From positions 644 to 64,643 of the forward strand of contig JAZRUG010000019.1 in assembly GCA_045652425.1 (NCBI GenBank): DNA of 64,000 nucleotides, in the 5' to 3' direction. The stretch is from Eubacteriales bacterium. GTDB taxonomy: Bacteria; Bacillota; Clostridia; Oscillospirales; CAG-272. The position numbers and the translations under genes were made by a program. How positions within the stretch are numbered: position 1 is the stretch's first letter; every line of letters starts with the position of its first letter. Below the pieces are notes generated by a model. It searched no databases and had not been told where the DNA came from. It saw nothing but the letters and a program-made list of their open reading frames with translations. Positions 28,601 to 36,712 of this stretch are shown here, one piece after another.

Positions 28601-28786
28601 TATTGTAGGATAGAGCGGATCTGACGCAGACGTTCCCTTTCCGCCTTCTACTGCGCTGTCGCTTACGAAAACGACGTTGTCTGCCGCATTTCCGCTGTCA
28701 GCAGATACGGTAAGTGTAAACGTCGAAGTTAGCGCCAACACAAATATAATCAACGCCACACTTGCAAACACCAAAAATCTTTTCAT
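25628..28786 (-). CDS. Large secreted protein, paralog 1 (beta-helix-like N-terminal region, putative Cys/His papain-like C-terminal domain)
   Basis: Start at MKRFLVFASVALIIFVL, a signal peptide (the track extends to 28807). There are repetitive xGGxV/L turns (VTGGKLTGLIAATGNGG, KITGGTLSSG). The conserved blocks shared with 29317..32901 include GNDCWAGLIFAWNSVLNN and PGDATAH...GRHVRIV. Confidence 0.6.
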   Translation of the reverse strand: MKRFLVFASVALIIFVLALTSTFTLTVSADSGNAADNVVFVSDSAVEGGKGTSASDPLYPTILPEEELEPSTLDQTQSDGTKKTVTIYANYKNTALYQAVEKLAETGGTVVICGDYTIDDSEARQSNYWSVLEYHLPETKKPVTITSKYNGVDYGAKLTLSGYFYTILNGPTVWENLNLHANLAADRAICCNGNKTVFGEGLVCTKTNTTSNAYFLSIAGGERYSAINKDIDVTIKSGTFYKFVGTTWTNPGSEKVSNCDVNLKLEGGTVSSIYGNSHNTVPYSLHAGNVNITVTGGKLTGLIAATGNGGFKTESSIVNIKITGGTLSSGVKILSRNTYNQVVTGVEPTIINVDLSAALNVSDSALNSIVTNLPANANVIYPNDWMTENREVLSVPNDKFAFVGDVPSSVGASVKVEYKNPVTQGATYLPTMECDKNQSAFTVKCDTSKAGKAIAEYYFGTWKYHEAEIDVVAVPDVVINGVQIRINTEKQQMYGWGGYKKGDYPDITIKESGILALPSDMLTTQELFDHSNTYGMYDAKLSIRSQDSLHNLFGALVFGDDVVRENNYDRDYSLRAYVKFEYAGEEYYRYSDVIQRSFYDVAKQAIAGDMEDSATKEWLQENVIDVHNNYDPTYLYNPEGSAAARQKVVDYMYKMSDIEWTPKETFIIYNEGTYNDYSVSTGSTRMYGVFYAGKVYHGIPYVNKTLTQYESYLDMIDKTPIIPLDNPNLTFNEENGIVDFDNLTPEQKAAGLENAKNFPGNDCWAGLIFAWNSVLNNRESTKKLTSIDNMLTLDYGTVKVGDYEIDEQYIVSGRNNTKAVVAQIDSQVMAEAYAKLQPGDATAHSTQIFDEETQKYTSNGRHVRIVTGVEVKKKLDISWSGVKQIIDLEKSKVHFIHQAGGGTSVYIYNENDRSLGEVEKTFQALINEGSLPMSIPELMTGNVDTPMAIASGVELEGNLENGVLKGVIKANKQMISVRAVFSQNGQPVSEKKELLASTYGSVQLAEYNLKGLDLSGIELKAGEEYTFDLYTCISGLDGQEIHLVDGYEFTAK

Positions 28787-28825
28787 TGCCTTTACCTCAA
28801 AAAACATATTTATACATATATATGT

Positions 28826-28854
28826 ATTTTATCATAGTATTAAATCAAAGTCAA
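28826..28854 (-). promoter_or_regulatory. Sigma-A-type promoter of giant paralog 1
   Basis: Reverse strand has TTGACT (28849-28854), a 17-nt spacer and TAAAAT (28826-28831). Confidence 0.45.
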
Positions 28855-28939
28855 CAAAAACTTTCTTTTATTAAGCATTAAAGATAATATAGTGCTAAAA
28901 TAAAGTGTTTGTAGGTCAATATATTACCAAAAACTTTTT

Positions 28940-29270
28940 TCCGCTTTCTTTCGCAAAACGGACAGTCGAGGACGCCTGTCCCTACAATATAGTGATATAG
29001 TGTGTACAAATAAATCCCTCTCCGTCGGCTTCGCCGCCACCTCTCCCGTAGGGCGAGGCTTTGGGTTTGCACAAACCGTTTACCAAAAGGTTCTTTGCCT
29101 ACTTTCTTCCCGCTTTCTTTCGCAGAAAGCTTGGCAAAGAACTTGCTTCTCGGGTTTCTGCATATTATTAATAGTAGCACAAACCGCTTATTAAAAGGTT
29201 CTTTGCCTACTTTCTTCCTTAAAGAAAGTAGGTGCCTGCTTTTTTCCTTAAAGAAAGTAGGGGGGAAAGC
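28940..29270. repeat. Intergenic repeat cluster (H4, GC module, H2, H3, H2, H1 x2)
   Basis: The ~285-bp stretch 28957-29240 is almost identical to 35757-36042 in the same orientation. Confidence 0.9.
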
Positions 29271-29316
29271 AATTAAAAAAAGACGGATTCGAAAATCCGT
29301 CTTTTTTGGTTTGTTA

Positions 29317-32300
29317 TTATTCAGCAAGAGCTGCAGGTGCTACAAATGACATATTGTTCCAAATCGTTGTGAACGTGGGTGTATAGCCTGTTGCTATATG
29401 ATTGTCGTTGTCAACGTCATTGGGATATTTATCTGCATCTGTGTAGCTGCTTACGTAACCGGGAGTGCCTACCTTCAATGATATATTGTAGGTTTCGCCT
29501 TCGGTAAGTCCAAATCTTGTTGTCAAATCAAGCTCTGTTATATCATACTTCGCAAGGTGCATAGCTTCGCTTGTAAGATAGATAACTTCGTTTACGTTCT
29601 TGCCGTTGCCTGTTACTGTAACGTCCAACGATACTATCTGCATATTAGACTTGATTGTACCGTTGAGCTCGCCGTCCGCAATATCGGTATCTGTCATTAC
29701 TACGGAAAGTTTATCAACAAGACCTGTAGAAAGTTCTGTAATTCTTGAAGGAATGTATGTTGTAATCAAGAGGTTGTCAAAGCTGTATTCGCGAACTTTC
29801 CAGCATGAATTGTTCAATGACCAACCTAAATTTACACCGCTTTCAGCACTTGTTCCGTCTTTGAGATTTACAAAAGGTACAGACCAGTTTGCACATTCAA
29901 GTGTCTTTACAATACTGCTTCCGGGGTTTTCTGCATTGTAGTATACGTCAACAACCAATCTTGTATGTCCGGAATCTGTATAGTGAATCATACCGTCACC
30001 GGGCTTAACTGACTTGTATGCGTTATACATAACCTCAAGTCCTGCTTTTGAGGCTTCATAGTTTATAGACTTAATGCTGCCGTCTTCATCTTTGTTAAAT
30101 ACTATACCGTTTGATTCAATAATTTCTTGTGTGTTATTCTGGTTTGTAATACCTTTGTAGTTATAGTCGCCTACTGCAAACACGTTACTGTTGCTTCCGG
30201 GTACTACACGGTAGGTAGCTGTAAGTCTTGATGTTGACGTCGTGTTATTCAAAGCAAGGTTCCATGCAGAGAATACCGCCTTCGAACAGTGTGAACCGGG
30301 GATTATCGTATAGTTCATATATGCATCAACTCTACGCTCGGGCTGACCACCGATAAAGCCAAGGATACCATCATCTTCTCTAAGATTGTAGTACATCCAG
30401 GAAGCCATACTTGAATGGTTTGAATCCTTTTCCCATGCAGCCACCGTTTGAGGAACTGATTTACCGTCGTACGGTGTAAACTCGTCCATCTCATAGGTCA
30501 ACTCCATAAGTCTGTTGAATGACTCAAAGTTCGACGTCTGCATCCAGTTTTTACTACTACTTGTATAGGGCATACCGTAATATGTCTTACCCTTTTCGAA
30601 TATACCTGCCATAGAAACGCCGACAGCAAGATTTTCGCCGTATGTTCCGCGTATCTCTTCGATTTCCGCATTGGTACGGTCGCCTGTATTATTGTACATA
30701 GCAAAGGTTTCTTTCGGGCTCCACTCAATGTTAGCCATAAGTTCCATATAGTCAACTACTTTTCTGCGAAGCGTAGCAAGTTCATCGTCGGAAACATACT
30801 GGTTCTTAACATCAAAGTTGTTTGAAACATATATAAGCTTATCATTAAGGTGGCTTATTACTTCAGCTTTTTCTACCTCTGTATTAGCAACTGCCTGTTT
30901 TGCCATTTCATAGGGATTTCTTACGATTGCATCGGAATATGCTATATATTCTGCTTCGCCGACAGTATACTTAACGTATGCTCTCGCTGTGTAATCCAAA
31001 ATAAATTCTCTTTGGTTAATATCGCCTACCATACATTCAAAACGTGTATTACCGTCGAACTTGTATGTATCACCAAGGTTTGCTGTATACACAATGTTAC
31101 CAAAAGCGTTATCAAGTGTGAGCTTGGAATCATCTTTAATCAAATATGACTTAAGTGCGAGAATTCCAGCTTCCTTAACAGTTACGTTTTCGTGGAGAGT
31201 GTATTCACCTACAAAACGGAGTGTCTGCTTGTCGCCTGTCGTCTTAAGTCTTGCGCCGAGAAGCGTAACCTGGGGAGCTTCTACGCAATTAGCAATCTTT
31301 GCCGACTGATAAGCTTTACCGCCGTAACGATACCAAACTAATGTGTTCGTATCGTTGAAGGTCATTGTAAATGCTGTGTTTCTTTCATCATATTTTACAA
31401 ACTGTGTTAACGTTGCGCTTGTAGCCTTGTTTGTGAAGGTTGCCTTCAAAATTGAACCTACAGGCTTTGTTACACCTTTGATAAAAGGATCGGGGGTTGT
31501 AGGAACAACCGTTCCTGCTACATTCGTTGCGCACTCTACCTTGGTAATCCATGATGCAGGATAAAGAACGTTATTTCCCTCCCAGTTGGATATAAAGAAG
31601 TTCAACAATGCATCCTTTCCGTTTGCATTACCACGTCTTTTTATGTTTGCATCATCTGCAATATCGAGAGTATATTCAGCATCGTAAACAGCATCGTTAA
31701 AACTGTTGAGATCACCGGAGGCATCAATATACTTCTTGATTTTAATTTCGTTGTATTCACCGCCGGAAATCTTTATGTACGCTTTGGATCCTTCGTTTAC
31801 AAATTTAGTGTTGTTCGCTGCGTAAATGTATCCTCTTATACTTGCGCTTCCGCCAACGTTAATGTATACGTCGCCATCAACGGATACACCGTCAGAGAAC
31901 TGCGACGTTCCGCAGACAGAACCTCTGACAACACCGCCAAGAACGGTAACTTTTACATCACCGGTCTGAACGTCAACTGCTGTTCTGGTCTGATATACGG
32001 GAATCTTGTTTCCGTCTGCGTCAAGCTTATCTTGAGTTACGCCATTAACTGTTTCCTGTTCCCAAACTAAATTATCTCCGTCTTTCTTCTGAATGGGGTT
32101 GCCCTCTTCATCTACAACATTTTCAGATCTGGTTACGCCCCACGTACTCCCTGCAATATATGCGTAGGTACCACTCTTGATGATAACCTCGGAATCTGCA
32201 GTATAGTCGCCGTATCTCTTACCACCGGCAATAGATATATAATGAGCTCCGCCGCTTCCGGTTGCATCTACGGAAGGATCAACCAATGCCGTCTTAATGC

Positions 32301-32901
32301 CTTCGCCCATTTCAATTCTGTTTCCGCATGCGCAGATAACACGTTTTTCACCAAGTGTCTTTATTGTAATATTCTCAAATACTGAAGGAGAACCCATAAG
32401 CAAGTATGAAGGCGCGGAAATTCCGAGATATGCGCCACTGCTGGCATAGTCTACTCCGTCGTATTTACTGGTTATTGTAATCTCATAATCGGAAGTCGGC
32501 AACGTAAAATCTTTGTAACTTCCCGAGGCTCCGTGAGAGTTAGATGCATTTATGTCTACAGGTCCGCAGATTACGATCGTACCGCCTGTGTCTACAAGCT
32601 TCTCTGCAGCCTGATACAATGCGCTTCTTAAATAATATTTACCGTATCTGTTGGTTTCTTCGCCTTTTTCGTTAAGAACAACAGTTTCACTAACAAAAAA
32701 GTCGTCAACCGCAACAGGTCTCAACGGGTTGTTGGCGTCCTTACCGGAACCGTCGCCCGTAGCGTAATTATCCGAAACGAAAATTACGTTCTTCGGATTT
32801 GTATTCTCTGTCGTAGCCGTCGTATTAAAAGCAAACAACGATACAGACATAACTACTGCTAAAAGCAGAGCTATTAGGGTTAAAGCTAGGAATTTTTTCA
32901 T
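29317..32901 (-). CDS. Large secreted protein, paralog 2 (1194 aa)
   Basis: Signal peptide MKKFLALTLIALLLAVVMSVSLFA. Shares with paralog 1 the blocks NV(I/V)FVSD, ALYQA(A/V)EKL..TGGT(I/V)VICG, ITITSKY(D/N)GVDY, VVDYM..M..IEW(S/T)PKETF, G..C......AWN..LNN and PGD...H....H.R(I/L)V. Confidence 0.6.
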   Translation of the reverse strand: MKKFLALTLIALLLAVVMSVSLFAFNTTATTENTNPKNVIFVSDNYATGDGSGKDANNPLRPVAVDDFFVSETVVLNEKGEETNRYGKYYLRSALYQAAEKLVDTGGTIVICGPVDINASNSHGASGSYKDFTLPTSDYEITITSKYDGVDYASSGAYLGISAPSYLLMGSPSVFENITIKTLGEKRVICACGNRIEMGEGIKTALVDPSVDATGSGGAHYISIAGGKRYGDYTADSEVIIKSGTYAYIAGSTWGVTRSENVVDEEGNPIQKKDGDNLVWEQETVNGVTQDKLDADGNKIPVYQTRTAVDVQTGDVKVTVLGGVVRGSVCGTSQFSDGVSVDGDVYINVGGSASIRGYIYAANNTKFVNEGSKAYIKISGGEYNEIKIKKYIDASGDLNSFNDAVYDAEYTLDIADDANIKRRGNANGKDALLNFFISNWEGNNVLYPASWITKVECATNVAGTVVPTTPDPFIKGVTKPVGSILKATFTNKATSATLTQFVKYDERNTAFTMTFNDTNTLVWYRYGGKAYQSAKIANCVEAPQVTLLGARLKTTGDKQTLRFVGEYTLHENVTVKEAGILALKSYLIKDDSKLTLDNAFGNIVYTANLGDTYKFDGNTRFECMVGDINQREFILDYTARAYVKYTVGEAEYIAYSDAIVRNPYEMAKQAVANTEVEKAEVISHLNDKLIYVSNNFDVKNQYVSDDELATLRRKVVDYMELMANIEWSPKETFAMYNNTGDRTNAEIEEIRGTYGENLAVGVSMAGIFEKGKTYYGMPYTSSSKNWMQTSNFESFNRLMELTYEMDEFTPYDGKSVPQTVAAWEKDSNHSSMASWMYYNLREDDGILGFIGGQPERRVDAYMNYTIIPGSHCSKAVFSAWNLALNNTTSTSRLTATYRVVPGSNSNVFAVGDYNYKGITNQNNTQEIIESNGIVFNKDEDGSIKSINYEASKAGLEVMYNAYKSVKPGDGMIHYTDSGHTRLVVDVYYNAENPGSSIVKTLECANWSVPFVNLKDGTSAESGVNLGWSLNNSCWKVREYSFDNLLITTYIPSRITELSTGLVDKLSVVMTDTDIADGELNGTIKSNMQIVSLDVTVTGNGKNVNEVIYLTSEAMHLAKYDITELDLTTRFGLTEGETYNISLKVGTPGYVSSYTDADKYPNDVDNDNHIATGYTPTFTTIWNNMSFVAPAALAE

Positions 32902-32934
32902 ATTATCTCCCCAATCCTAAATATAATTATATTT

Positions 32935-32987
32935 ATTATACACTACTCCCGCTTTTCTGTCAAGCAAAAAATTAACATTTTGTTAAT
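32935..32987 (-). promoter_or_regulatory. Sigma-A-type promoter of giant paralog 2 with an upstream 7-bp inverted repeat
   Basis: Reverse strand has TTGACA (32958-32963), a 17-nt spacer and TATAAT (32935-32940). ATTAACAtttTGTTAAT lies at 32971-32987, just upstream of the -35. Confidence 0.45.
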
Positions 32988-33070
32988 CATTAGAATGTTT
33001 TGGTTACAAAATCAATGTCTTTTTTTTAATAAGCGTATACTTTTTCAAACATCCCCCCCACTCTTCACTA

Positions 33071-33105
33071 AAAAATGTGTGTGTTTAACCCAACACACAC
33101 ATTTT
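33071..33105 (-). terminator. Intrinsic (bidirectional) terminator after udg
   Basis: AAAAATGTGTGTGTTtaacccAACACACACATTTTT. Confidence 0.75.
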
Positions 33106-33107
33106 TC

Positions 33108-33680
33108 TTATTTAAGTTCATCAAGTTTTCTCTTAATATTCTTCATATCGATAAGCATATCTTCCTTACGTCTGGGATCTCGCAACAATGCCGCAGGGTG
33201 ATATACCGCGCATATCGTATATCCGTTCTTCTCATAAAATATACCGTGTTCCTGCGTTATCCTGAAATCTTCCTTTATAAGCCGCTTCGCCGATATTCTC
33301 CCAAGACATACGATTATTTTCGGTTTTATAAGCCTTACCTGCTCTCGCAGATACTCTATACATAAATCCTGCTCTTCTTCCTTGGGATCGCGGTTCTTCG
33401 GCGGTCGGCATTTCAGCATATTGGCTATAAATACCCTTTCTCTGTCTATATCCACTTGATATAGAAACTTGTCAAGAAGTTTTCCCGCAGCCCCAACAAA
33501 CGGTGTACCGCTTAAATCCTCTTTCTCTCCGGGTGCTTCTCCTATAAACATTATCTCTGCCGTTCTGTCGCCCGAGCCGAATACTACGTTCGTTCTCGTT
33601 TCACATAAAGCGCATTTCGTGCAGCTCTTGCATCTTTTCTCAAGTTCTTCCCATTCTCTTTGAATTTCTGCTTCTGTCAT
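33108..33680 (-). CDS. udg: Uracil-DNA glycosylase, family 4
   Basis: 190 aa. A 4Fe-4S Cys cluster (CKSCTKCALC) and the motifs GEAPGEKED and GTPFVGAAGKLLD. Confidence 0.9.
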   Translation of the reverse strand: MTEAEIQREWEELEKRCKSCTKCALCETRTNVVFGSGDRTAEIMFIGEAPGEKEDLSGTPFVGAAGKLLDKFLYQVDIDRERVFIANMLKCRPPKNRDPKEEEQDLCIEYLREQVRLIKPKIIVCLGRISAKRLIKEDFRITQEHGIFYEKNGYTICAVYHPAALLRDPRRKEDMLIDMKNIKRKLDELK

Positions 33681-33684
33681 ACTT

Positions 33685-34314
33685 TCACCGTTTTCTTTTT
33701 ATGTTTTTTCCTATTGCCTCTACTGCATTTTCTTTTATTAAAGGATAGGTGTGTTCCGCTATGTAAAGCATCGCGTCTTTCCCACCAAAACGTGTTCCGT
33801 ATTCGGCGGCAAGGTCGCTCTTTGCTATACTCTTTCTTTTTCTGCTTCTGTCATTTGTGGGTATCTCTTCTTGCAACACTAAATAATATCGGCTATCTCC
33901 CTTGTTATTCTTGGATGTATAAAGCCCACTCTCGTTTGTGTATCCGCTTGATTTCAATACAGAACATACATCTGCAACGTCGGATATCTCCTCAAATATA
34001 TATACGCAATACTCTTTTTTCTTGCGCTGTACGGGCGTCTTTTCTTTTGCTCCCATATACCTTTCGCCCTCGGGTTTGCATATGAAATATACCTCGCACC
34101 CTCCGTCCTTCGAAGGATATACCTGTATAACCAGCCGCCCCGTCGTGCTGTCAAATCCCGTCTTTATCTTCGCTTCTTCAAGTATACCCTCAAACATCTT
34201 CCTTACGTCTTTTTCACCGTAAGTTAATAAATCCTCGGATATTCCGTTATCCTCCATCTCGTCTGCCGTTAGCATTATTTTAAGCTTACTTTCGCTTATA
34301 AGTATCAGTTCCAT
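33685..34314 (-). CDS. mecA: Adaptor protein MecA-like
   Basis: 209 aa. The MecA-like N-terminus MELILISESKLKIMLTADEMEDNGIS matches the family pattern M.IE.I....K..L...DL..RG. Size and domain order are consistent with MecA. Confidence 0.55.
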   Translation of the reverse strand: MELILISESKLKIMLTADEMEDNGISEDLLTYGEKDVRKMFEGILEEAKIKTGFDSTTGRLVIQVYPSKDGGCEVYFICKPEGERYMGAKEKTPVQRKKKEYCVYIFEEISDVADVCSVLKSSGYTNESGLYTSKNNKGDSRYYLVLQEEIPTNDRSRKRKSIAKSDLAAEYGTRFGGKDAMLYIAEHTYPLIKENAVEAIGKNIKRKR

Positions 34315-34394
34315 TTGGTTCCCTACCGCCCCTTTGCGTTTTTTTGACTATTGCTATCATTATACGCTATTACGGGGCGTTTTGTAACCGCTAA

Positions 34395-34620
34395 CTTTTT
34401 GGCATTTTTGGTGGCTTTTCCCTACTTTCTTTTAAGGAAAGAAAGTAGGCAAAGAAACCTCGAATATCTTGGTTTCTACCACTATCTATTATTCGTACAA
34501 ACTTTCTTTCTATATCGTAGGGGACGGCGCCCTCGACGTCCCGTTTCCCTAAAAAAGTTAGCAAAAACCTTACTTCTCCGGTCTGTGCGAACAATATAAC
34601 ATTCTCCAGTGGGAGAAGCT
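34395..34620. repeat. Intergenic repeat cluster (H1, spacer module, H4, GGAGAAG hairpin)
   Basis: CCTACTTTCTTTTAAGGAAAGAAAGTAGGCAAAGAAACCTCGAATATCTTGGTTTCTACC is shared with 20721-20780. Also contains GTAGGGGACGGCGCCCTCGACGTCCC. Confidence 0.85.
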
Positions 34621-34661
34621 ACAAGGTTATGCAGTAATCACAAAGAAATAGTACATTCAAA

Positions 34662-35615
34662 TTAAAACTCGTTTTTGAGTGAACGTGTAAAGAGGTTACG
34701 TAATGCTACGCCTGTGTCTGCGCCGTTATACAATACGTCGTATACTGCCGAGCATATAGGCAGGTCCACGCTATACTTTTCCGCTAACTTCAATATAGCC
34801 TTTACCGTATAATAACCCTCTGCAAGACTCAAGTATTGTTCACCCTTGGCAAATGTTTCGCCATACATTCTGTTGTGGCTGAATTTGCTGAACAAAGTCG
34901 CTTCATAGTCGCCCAAATGGCAAAGTCCGTATGCCGAAAATTCACTTCCGCCAAGCGCCTTTATCAGTCTTGCTATCTCTCTCGTACCTCTCGCCATAAG
35001 CGGCCCTTTAAGCGAAGATAAGCCCTTGCCGTCAAGCATTCCCGCCGCTATTCCTATTACGTTCTTCGCCGCCGCGCCTATCTCGTTTCCTATAAGGTCG
35101 TTACCGAAATAAAATCTTATAAGCTCACTCGAAAACTGCGATATCAAATAACTCTTGTATTCTTCGTTCTCGCTGTCGATAACCATACAGTTCGGTATGC
35201 CCTTCGTAAACTCCTCTACGTGTCCGGGGCCTATCCAACAAGCTATCTTCGTTTCGGGTGAAGTCGCCTCGCGTACTACCTCCGATAATCTCATTCCCGT
35301 GGATATCTCTATACCTTTCATACAGAGAATATATTGCTTCTCCGACGCGCCATACTTCTGCAATTCCTGCATAAGTCCGCGCACCGCTTGACTGGGAATT
35401 GATATTACTATCGTCTTATTCTTTGCCGCCTCGTCAAGACTGTCGGTTATGTTTATTCTTGTGCCAAAGTCAACAACGCCGTTCGTGCGTGTTTCCATTA
35501 TGCTATGTATCTGCTTCATATCGTTGCCGTAAAGCGTTACGTTGTGGCCTACTCTGTCAAGATACCACGCTATACAAGAACCCCATCTTCCGCAGCCTAT
35601 TACAGTTATATCCAT
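34662..35615 (-). CDS. gpsA: NAD(P)H-dependent glycerol-3-phosphate dehydrogenase
   Basis: MDITVIGCGRWGS Rossmann start preceded by GGAGGAAAAT. An alternative ATG lies 4 codons upstream at 35627. Family-typical motif NVIGIAAGM. Confidence 0.9.
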   Translation of the reverse strand: MDITVIGCGRWGSCIAWYLDRVGHNVTLYGNDMKQIHSIMETRTNGVVDFGTRINITDSLDEAAKNKTIVISIPSQAVRGLMQELQKYGASEKQYILCMKGIEISTGMRLSEVVREATSPETKIACWIGPGHVEEFTKGIPNCMVIDSENEEYKSYLISQFSSELIRFYFGNDLIGNEIGAAAKNVIGIAAGMLDGKGLSSLKGPLMARGTREIARLIKALGGSEFSAYGLCHLGDYEATLFSKFSHNRMYGETFAKGEQYLSLAEGYYTVKAILKLAEKYSVDLPICSAVYDVLYNGADTGVALRNLFTRSLKNEF

Positions 35616-35709
35616 ATTTTCCTCCATTATCCCTTTCAGAAAATTATCTTTGGTTTTATTTCTATAAGTTGTATTTTAACATATTTTTATATCACTGTCA
35701 ATAAGGCAA

Positions 35710-36115
35710 AAGGGGGGGTTCGCACAAACCAGAGAGGCAAGCTAACTTTTTTCAGGAAAACGGGACGTCGAGGACGCCGTCCCCTACAATATAGTGATAT
35801 AGTATGTACAAATAAATCCCTCTCCGTCGGCTTCGCCGCCACCTCTCCCGTAGGGCGAGGCTTTGGGTTCGCACAAACCCATTTTCAAAAGGTTCTTTGC
35901 CTACTTTCTTCCCGCTTTCTTTCGCAGAAAGCTTGGCAAAGAACTTGCTTCTCGGGTTTCTGCATAATATTAATAATAGCACAAACCGCTTATTAAAAGG
36001 TTCTTTGCCTACTTTCTTCCTCAAAGAAAGTAGGTGCCTGCTTTCTTCCTTAAAGAAAGTAAGGCTTCCTTAAAGAAAGTAGGGCTTCCTCAAAGAAAGT
36101 AGGGAGAGTTATTAG
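35710..36115. repeat. Densest repeat cluster (H4, GC module, H2, H3, H2, tandem H1 x4)
   Basis: Matches 28957-29240. It ends with four consecutive (C/A)TTCCT(T/C)AAAGAAAGTA(A/G)GG hairpins directly abutting the phage block. Confidence 0.9.
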
Positions 36116-36123
36116 GGGATTTC

Positions 36124-36195
36124 TGTTATAATGGCGGCAAAGCGGGGCTATTTCATTTTATGCTCTGCTATATCAATTTCAAAGCAGAGTTTTTT
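36124..36195 (+). promoter_or_regulatory. Candidate extended -10 promoter (TGtTATAAT) plus a leader hairpin with U-tract ahead of terS
   Basis: TGTTATAAT at 36124-36132. CTCTGCT-13 nt-AGCAGAG followed by TTTTTT at 36163-36195. Confidence 0.35.
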
Positions 36196-36256
36196 GTGTT
36201 ATCTCTTCATTTCTCAAAAAAATGAGGTGATTTTTATTACTCTTAACTTTGAACAA

Positions 36257-36697
36257 ATGGAATCGGAGTATATATCTTCAAGGCTGACTTATGCGGAGTT
36301 AGCGGAAAAGTATGACGCTCCCATTCACCTTATTGCCCGTTATGCGAAAACTAATCAATGGGTAAACAAGCGCAGACTCTTCTCAAAAAATTCTCAATCC
36401 GATTTGCTTGACGTTTCTAAACTTGCGCGGTCTTCCAAGGCTCTTGAATCTATTATCGAATCGGCTTTTCTCTCGGTCTCCGAAAATCCAAACGCCGACT
36501 CTATCGATACAAAAACGTTAAAGGAGCTTACCTCTACTTTAAAAGAGGCTATCAACATCAAGCAGAACATCTTTCTTCTCCCTATGCTTACCGAGCAAAA
36601 ACAGCTTGAACTCGAACAAAAAAAGACGCCCATATCTACCGAAGAAAGTGAAATCCGCGTTATTCTCGAAAACGACACGGATAAGTTTTGCGTATAA
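36257..36697 (+). CDS. Putative terminase small subunit (HTH protein)
   Basis: Sits immediately upstream of terL. MESEYISSRLTYAELAEKYDAPIHLIARYAKTNQWVNKR is HTH-like. The start is uncertain: the track ORF starts at 36131, and no good SD precedes 36257. Confidence 0.45.
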   Translation: MESEYISSRLTYAELAEKYDAPIHLIARYAKTNQWVNKRRLFSKNSQSDLLDVSKLARSSKALESIIESAFLSVSENPNADSIDTKTLKELTSTLKEAINIKQNIFLLPMLTEQKQLELEQKKTPISTEESEIRVILENDTDKFCV

Positions 36698-36712
36698 AGG
36701 GGCGGTAAATCT

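Noticed and set aside
28878-29327. ORFs that read through repeat clusters (28878..29327, 25184..25555, 35505..35996, 35752..36024, 37589..38401, 38106..38330, 44093..44329, 53947..54138)
   Set aside because: Their peptides (e.g. ..FFAKLSAKESGKKVGKEPF..) are simply translations of the H1/H2/H3 hairpin modules, and they recur in both orientations. Open frames arise only because the modules lack stops.
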